Shown one piece after another: positions 59,301-64,000 of a DNA stretch of 64,000 nt (its first letter is position 1; the number at the start of each line of letters is the position of its first letter). The stretch spans positions 2,356,001 through 2,420,000 of the forward strand of contig LSRY02000001.1 of assembly GCA_001643675.2 (NCBI GenBank). The letters are read 5' to 3'. This DNA is from Monocercomonoides exilis PA203 (Eukaryota > Protista > Preaxostyla). Under the pieces are notes generated by a model. It did no database searches, had not been told where the DNA came from, and saw only the letters and a list, made by a program, of their open reading frames with translations. A program made the translations under genes and the position numbers.

Positions 59301-61103
59301 GATGGAGTGATGCCAAATTCTTCACTTTGGATTTTGGATGATGGATGTGATTTGAGAGGGATAGCAGGAGAAAGGGCATCTCCTTTCTTCATTCCCAGAC
59401 TGGAAGATGTTTCAGTGAATGAAAATGGCAGCAATGTTGTTGTGAAATTCAAGGGATCTCTTTTTGTGCCTTGTGACTTGTCATTCAGATTGATATTCAA
59501 AACGGGGGATGTGGAGTTGGTTGAGACATATCCATTTGAGGAAGACAGTTTTGTTTCAGAAACAGAAGTGATTGGAAGAATTCCATCAGAAAATATATCA
59601 AAGGTTGCAGATGAAACAGAGGTGTCAGTGATGATTCTGTTTGGGAAGCAATTGGCAGAGACTTCTCCACAGATTGTGAAGAACAAAACAGAACCAAAGA
59701 CTGAAAATGATAAAGTGGTTGAAGGAGGAAAAGAAGGGAAATCATCATGGTCATTGATAATTGCTATCATATTTGTTGTTTTGTTTTTGATTGTTCTGAT
59801 TGTATCAATAACATTCATTGTTCGGTGGAGAAAGGCAAAGAATGAGAACAAAGATCTGAGAGAGATTGTGAATGATACAGTGAGGAAGGATCCGAAGCTG
59901 ATTGAGATGGTGACAATGGAGCCATCACCTGAGGAGCAGTGGAGGAGAGCAGAGAGAGAAGCTGAAAAGAAGAATGAGGAAAGAATCAAGAAGAGGGTGT
60001 ATGAGAAAAGCTTGGGACACTCAGAATCGTCAGAGCATTTGCTGAGTGAATGTGGCTCAACAGAATATATTTTGGGGAGAGATTCAGACAAGATCCCTGA
60101 ATGGGCATTGGAGAAAGTGGAAGAAGAAGAGATTCGAAAGAGATCACCATCACCTTCCATCTCATCCACTTCCACCACTTCGACAACAGATTCAGATTCA
60201 ACATTTGTTCGGGGAGAAGAACTGTGCCCCACCACGTCGTCGATGTCGAATCTGGTGGATGTGATGGCGTGTTCGTCTCCCCATGAGAAGCTGATTGTGG
60301 ATCTGAGGGATTCGCTGTTCATGCTGTTGCACGGAAGGAACAAGACAAAAGAGATGGCGATAGGCACTCTTCAGGAGAGGGAGGTGACAGCTGCTCAAAT
60401 CCTGTTCTGGGTGGCGAATCTCTCACTCCACTCGTTCAATGAAATGGAGAATCCTCTGTCATCACTTGCCAATCTCACTCCGCACATTGTGCTGTTCTCG
60501 GAACACATGGTGATCTGCATTGTTTTGCACTCGGACTTCTCATCAGACTCTGACAGTTCATCAGTCTCTTCAAGCTCCACCATGGTCACATCTTCCTCTG
60601 ATGTTTCAGTGATGAGCGAGAGATACACCAAGTCGCCACCTCCATCATCAGCGTTTGAGGATGATGAAGATGAAGAAAGAAAAGAGTGTCTGAGGTGGAA
60701 GGCACCCGAGCTGCAGATGAACAAGAAGATGGGAGCGACAAAGGAGTCAGTGGCATTCTCGATTGGGATGATGCTGTGGGAGTGTCTGACACTGGAGATC
60801 CCATTTGATGAGTATGAGGGTGAGGTGGCAGGGCAGAAGATTGTGAATCACGAACGACCGAACATGTCAGCTGTGAAGGAGTCGAATTTCTTTGAAATCA
60901 TCCAAGCTTGCCTGTCTTCCCAGCCAGAAGACAGACTGAGCTTGGCAGGGCTGAAGCGAGAGTTCATCCAGCGGTTTCCTGCAGGAGCAGCAATTCTGAC
61001 GATGTCAGATGCGATTGATCTGGAGGAGACAACAGAAGATGGGGAATACATGACGAGTGTGAATTCTTCAGATATCACAGGAACTTTGCAGACTGAGAAG
61101 TGA
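53328..61103 (+). CDS. Large type I membrane protein: Cys-rich GGAI/FxxC (beta-helix-like) ectodomain, single TM, degenerate kinase-like cytoplasmic tail
   Basis: 2591-aa intronless ORF; hydrophobic N-terminus; repeated GG(A/G)I and F..C and CG....PC.S/T modules; TM at ~59748-59822; kinase C-lobe motifs RWKAPE, FSIGMMLWE..T.EIPF, CL...P.DR. Confidence 0.88.
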   Translation: MLLFLLACLILAETFKSQVICETAAFRNRGIIFNITFKHNCIYFGQGNSNDAQFFTNGDNNYFSEQRKTSGVKILKAGTCTAIYSIFRFSNSSVGLKNVAVEYSSSPFILITDKSNLMLDTCISHQKSEFPFLLNIGSICLTNMTLIPQESLNPSSLIFSSDDSNIAILSNSIMTDLTVSSSDHFLVSGKSKSEQIINCAFRNMSVKYDTNSYHFVEHSCFRSSMENCLIYSCVNAFEGGTSSGSHSSQEFICKNTTTRYGKREMNALQKKEKLNTTESQSFSLCEWTDCTSLYGGAIYVYNNASAILTVENSSFTRCNASSTRGGGIYALKIAECIVLHSTFVQCFAAGKTNYGGGGIQFEHVNVQSIVDDCSFHSCFAEDEGGAINLRPTKTQKQKRCIINSVFLFCHSTIDCGGAIMHWNCTDQVVISNCLFCHCYSLSGGGAVSHQISSNNNGILFYYCFFHNNTCGNFGHDIALEGSTSNNIDSTCYSTRQSKNRVSSSYSSIVDKSEWLHNDFGNVRFVSSTDSQPKGIDTYACGIYESYPCRTISRCLSQLIPDLVPNVEVSSGTIIETNSFDCGVNSFTVYGQSNMSTAIHTEFEASGISLFSVSTGTLTARDFVLVHGSAHPNNRGSRLFEINGAGGMRISRLNISFGSGQSTETAFSTELINVQNGMFQMEHVNWAKTISTNSLFSLSSTNEISLTLSECAFDGIERTTSGAAVISFSNDKANIDVNCCTFEGCGSTTSTDGGSMMLCVGNGNEVKVKGGSFDGCYCSATYGFGGGILLRLLNENPNFLISSSFGTNTAKWGRDIFVISPNLEETAKSENITCVTDSLDSLEKVRGYDNGNTSVAIPLCIYLLPTPEEIYVSNSEASNHSHCGIVQFPCLTMKHSLTKQTGTKKVIVNGMIMMSDELAFAGQKHEIRGNDDESGWTVSDSSETSNSSMISANVETELSRLIFSLPSSLPLHSTFISSSSSSITLSQCSLSLQNPSSELTILFLSVESGILIIDKFSASSIDLRRNPLIWLRGSSTNTELMSTLWLNMTNSNFTEIKRAAGSGGCVSIGNSDDENTNTQINIEECSFDGCSVLDDESRGGAINAQLKGSIQMNVVSCAFTGCTAPAEERKIGFGGGMALKLIDCFSSFVISSPVFDKSKPNVARYGNDLFVESPNLTKSITNTSLPFVNGNMEDISLDSMRGFDGSDTTNAIPLVLFWRAIGSEIFIGSEGCDVCVCGFSDYPCLSMDHSLTRLAEGNERNVSIIGKGYLQKSVDVSGISVKSDESSMCSLECVSSLEGAEGAAMKICGITNLELIKFVIPSSFASGVNVLMHVGSSDGSLTVKDCSFTKKGDEREEVTDYGLIKADGGTVVLELVTMQLLSFSQDVISVLSATVLNAKNLTMKNIEVEGASGLRISKGSAGEKRGSNEGEQNIVIEWSLFEEVTQDTTENISIIRNENDEPLNMVIRNTTMKRCGGLKCGKGGGMFCELNEGGSFECSFCKISECFCSSTGRGGWLFLECTSVAEHPLNFVLSNITFRDNTALRGRDVYVRCHSIDTQIVDEQFLLDFRAPFVKDKAVWGCTTDSFVGEEDLLLRVMRYQSETIFVSSVADNRADSKQCGELDTPCHSLSFGVQHIIPSSYSQLLILGQTEIVGRCDVLDVTIRSLQSPSAALVYLNSTITNEGSLITTSENVRIERLKFNFGQLFSYSGNSIIHEANGQLSLSSVDFSSILESENIESVVLNSTLLNIENGILHVDNCSISMLSFKKPSFLLNGDEINFTNVKLEQIESITNVFEIGQCGSVALNGVSADGVKLSEGCVIAINDLSSGTVSIGISSFNNSSRNSEGASVLTASSTSAQINLFNCSCSDCNSLSSKGSIMEINNTKDVSMDLCQFIGVKTKESENKRNRDFEEICKWNGSLVHSANSSLMMKYVTIMNASSGGLSVSAGDVTIEKGEFLNNNPFIDIYPSLHRNIICSDSASLTISSLKGGDGVMPNSSLWILDDGCDLRGIAGERASPFFIPRLEDVSVNENGSNVVVKFKGSLFVPCDLSFRLIFKTGDVELVETYPFEEDSFVSETEVIGRIPSENISKVADETEVSVMILFGKQLAETSPQIVKNKTEPKTENDKVVEGGKEGKSSWSLIIAIIFVVLFLIVLIVSITFIVRWRKAKNENKDLREIVNDTVRKDPKLIEMVTMEPSPEEQWRRAEREAEKKNEERIKKRVYEKSLGHSESSEHLLSECGSTEYILGRDSDKIPEWALEKVEEEEIRKRSPSPSISSTSTTSTTDSDSTFVRGEELCPTTSSMSNLVDVMACSSPHEKLIVDLRDSLFMLLHGRNKTKEMAIGTLQEREVTAAQILFWVANLSLHSFNEMENPLSSLANLTPHIVLFSEHMVICIVLHSDFSSDSDSSSVSSSSTMVTSSSDVSVMSERYTKSPPPSSAFEDDEDEERKECLRWKAPELQMNKKMGATKESVAFSIGMMLWECLTLEIPFDEYEGEVAGQKIVNHERPNMSAVKESNFFEIIQACLSSQPEDRLSLAGLKREFIQRFPAGAAILTMSDAIDLEETTEDGEYMTSVNSSDITGTLQTEK

Positions 61104-62876
61104 ATGAAGAGTTGGTGACAATTGTGTTTTTGCTGGAAAAATGCATTTGTTTCCAAAGCCGCCTCAATATTATCTTTTATCAGTCTGAGAGAGGATCTCT
61201 CTTCCCATTTCGTTTTTGTTCATCAGCACATTTCTTCTTGTTTTTGATATCAACATTTTTATTATGTTTCATTGTTTTCATTGGTTGTTGTGTTTCACTT
61301 TGTTTTTTCTTTCACCGATTCCGAATGCAGATTTTGGATGAGCAGTGTTTGTTGTGTTTTATATATTCAAGTTTTTGTGTTCGCTGAATCTCCACCACAC
61401 AATTATTTTGAGTGAATCTTGTCAAATGAAATTTTTCATTAATCTCTAATTTGGCTTTTCAGTTGATTCTTTTCTTTTCTTTTTTTTTCTTTTCTTTTCA
61501 TTGCAAACATCAACAGTTGTTATTTCATTTCCTATTTTGTGTAACTCCAATTTGTATTATCAATTCCATTTGTTTTTTTCAATTTTCCAAGCGACTTTTT
61601 CTTTATTTGTAGCGATCACAACATTCACAACAAACGATAAAAGATATCTCTTTTTTTGTTTCAGAAAACAAAAATGTGGTTGTTTGTTCATTTGCAGCGA
61701 TTGCATCAGAAGAATCAATTCCTTCATCAATGAACAGCTTTGTTCTGTGAAACATATCATTTGTGAAGAGAATTGAACAGAACAAGAGAAACTCATTCAA
61801 TCTGTTGGCTTTGTTGTTACTTGACTCAGAGAATCATGTATTGTTCATGTTCAAGAACCTCTTTTGTTATTTCCTCTCTCAACTTTCATTTTTCCTTTGT
61901 TGAAGAAAAGAACAATGTGAATTCAGCTTCATGAAAGGAGGGACTGAATTGTTGACATCTCTTTGTTGTTATTGTAATTTTCATGAACAAAGAAATGTTT
62001 TTTTTTCCTTTTTATGTGGAATCTGAAAGAAGAAATGTAATGTTTCAAAACAAGGAATTTAAATAAAAAAATATTTTTTTTTTTATTTATTGAAGAATAA
62101 GCAGTTCTATTTTTTAATTTGATGAAAAATCTCCTTTGAATTCAATCTCCGTGTAATTTTGACTCGATTTCATTCTGAACTGATATCCTTCGATTTGTGA
62201 GTATTTCATCAGACTTTCCTCAGGCTCATTAGCATTTTTTTTGTAAAATAAACTTGTTGTTGCATTATCCAACTGCTCATCTTTTTCTTGTCATGTGAAA
62301 ATCTTATGAACAGCAATAATGATCATTATGATACACAAAGAGTATGAAAAATCAAAAAAGTTGATGAAGAAACCACAAAACAGAAGCTCATTAGAAGATT
62401 TCAAATCTTTGAAGTGATGAAGAGATGAACCGATAAGTCAAGTCATTGATTGTTTGAAAGAGAATAAAGTTGATTGAAAAAATAAAAGATGACTTTTCAT
62501 TTGTTCTTTCTTTTTTGCTATTTGAAGAAAAATGTGATGTGAAAAAACAAATTCTTTAATTTTTTTTCAATTTTCAAGTTCATCTGTTGAAGCATATATC
62601 CAAAAAATAAATTTTTTCGATTCATGAAAAAGGAAAATGTTCATGTTGAATTGCAAAGTTGTTGTGTTGGAATCATCAAAAGGATTCGGAAAAGAAACAT
62701 TTGAATTACAATAATTCAATAGGTGAAAAAAAAACTATATTGGCTTTAATGAACAAAAAGAAGCAATTCAATCAACATCCTCGTTGTATTTGCACGAAAA
62801 TAACAGTGTTTATCATCAAAAAGACAAAAAAATTTATCTATTCAAATCAAACATGAAACAAAAATAATAATTCTCT

Positions 62877-63965
62877 CTAATTTTCAGCTGGCGCATCAGC
62901 CTCCTTCACAACACACCCCAAATCGTCGCTCGCAATCAGAATCGAAAAACGGCGGGTGCTTTCACAGCTTGCTCGTCCACAAGCACCCAAACTGCTATTC
63001 GTGCTCTTGTTCACAGACGCATAGTCAAAACAGCCCCGCCAGTCTGTGAACCCATCCTTCACAAACACCCCTTCTTCTTCTCTTCCACCTCTCCCACACA
63101 CCTTCGCATACACCTTCACATACACCCCTGCAGCTGGCAGATGTGTCGCTTCCTCTTTCACCACCAGCCGCCCTGTCTCCTCAAACACCTCCACACTCAT
63201 CCCGCTCCTGAACGGAGCCTCTGAGCAGCTCTTCCCTTCGTATTCTGCCTCAACAAACACATTCTGCGTTTGCAGCTCTTCTGGAACAGGAACAATAACA
63301 CTCGGCATCAAATGAATTAAAGACGAAGAGGAAGACGAAGAAAAAGAAGATGTTGCTTCTTCAAAAGAAAATTCGATTTGTTTCGTTGGCTTCACAATCG
63401 AAAATGCCTTTGCTGCATCTTTTCCTTTCATAAACGGCTTCACACTGAACAGGCTTTCAACATCCACCTTGTAGAACTTCATCTTCCCTCTCTTCTCCTT
63501 CCCCTTCTCCTGCTTCACCACAATTCTCTTCCCCTTCTCATCAATTTCCATCCCAAAAGTCCCTTCAACAGCCATCGATGAATCCAACTGCCGCTGCCTT
63601 CTATTTTCTCGCTCAGCCTCATTCTCAACAAAAACATCCTTCTTTCTCTTTCCTCCTCCTTTCACTTCTTTTTCTTTTTCCTCTTCTTCCTCTTCTTCTC
63701 TTCTCTCTTTTTCCCTCTCCCTCTGCCCTGCCCCAAACATTCTGTCCACTTCTCCAATCTGCTCCTTCAAATGGTCAAACATCGCCTTCCATCGTGGAAT
63801 CGAGCAATTCCAATGCTTCTCTGCCACTCTCCGTGCAACTGCCAATTTCGGTGCTTCCATTTTCATTTCTCCGTTTTCTCCGCTTTTCGGCTTTGGAAGA
63901 GCACTTTCTGGATCTGTCATGTCCAAATACGCACTCATATAATCATATTGCAGCTGCATCTCCAT
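62877..63965 (-). CDS. 3' end of a large conserved hypothetical protein (probably continues beyond the window)
   Basis: 362-aa open frame with non-repetitive motifs YDYMSAYLD, FYKVDVESLFSVKPF, VYVKVYA, FVKDGFTDWRGCFDYAS, FSILIASDDLG; ends at TAG. Confidence 0.7.
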   Translation of the reverse strand: MEMQLQYDYMSAYLDMTDPESALPKPKSGENGEMKMEAPKLAVARRVAEKHWNCSIPRWKAMFDHLKEQIGEVDRMFGAGQREREKERREEEEEEEKEKEVKGGGKRKKDVFVENEAERENRRQRQLDSSMAVEGTFGMEIDEKGKRIVVKQEKGKEKRGKMKFYKVDVESLFSVKPFMKGKDAAKAFSIVKPTKQIEFSFEEATSSFSSSSSSSLIHLMPSVIVPVPEELQTQNVFVEAEYEGKSCSEAPFRSGMSVEVFEETGRLVVKEEATHLPAAGVYVKVYAKVCGRGGREEEGVFVKDGFTDWRGCFDYASVNKSTNSSLGACGRASCESTRRFSILIASDDLGCVVKEADAPAEN

Positions 63966-64000
63966 TTCTATTTCATTCTCTCTCTTTCCTCCATCTGATC

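Noticed and set aside
1-64000. Alternative genetic code (TAA/TAG = Gln) known from some oxymonads
   Set aside because: Two ORFs of over 2500 codons contain no in-frame TAA/TAG, and several ORFs end at TAG/TAA at plausible C-termini

Overview
AT-rich eukaryotic genomic DNA with short (about 55-75 nt) GT-AG introns and the standard genetic code. The gene families and composition resemble the oxymonad Monocercomonoides (inference, not verified). Main contents: (1) a complete, apparently intact ~6.07-kb DIRS-type tyrosine-recombinase retrotransposon (43186-49258) with gag-like, RT/RNase H and YR ORFs in three different overlapping frames, non-identical ITRs, an internal complementary region (ICR) and a GC-rich structured 3' segment. 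It is inserted at a CAA trinucleotide in exon 1 of a host gene whose uninterrupted paralog is also in the window. (2) Seven copies or fragments of an uncharacterised three-exon alpha-helical protein family showing mosaic (gene-conversion-like) identity. (3) A giant Trk/HKT-type cation transporter. (4) A 2591-aa single-pass surface protein with Cys-rich GGAI repeats and a degenerate kinase-like tail, plus pseudogenes of that class. (5) Several TIR elements/MITEs, a 1-kb foldback and many microsatellites. All alignments and folds were done by eye.
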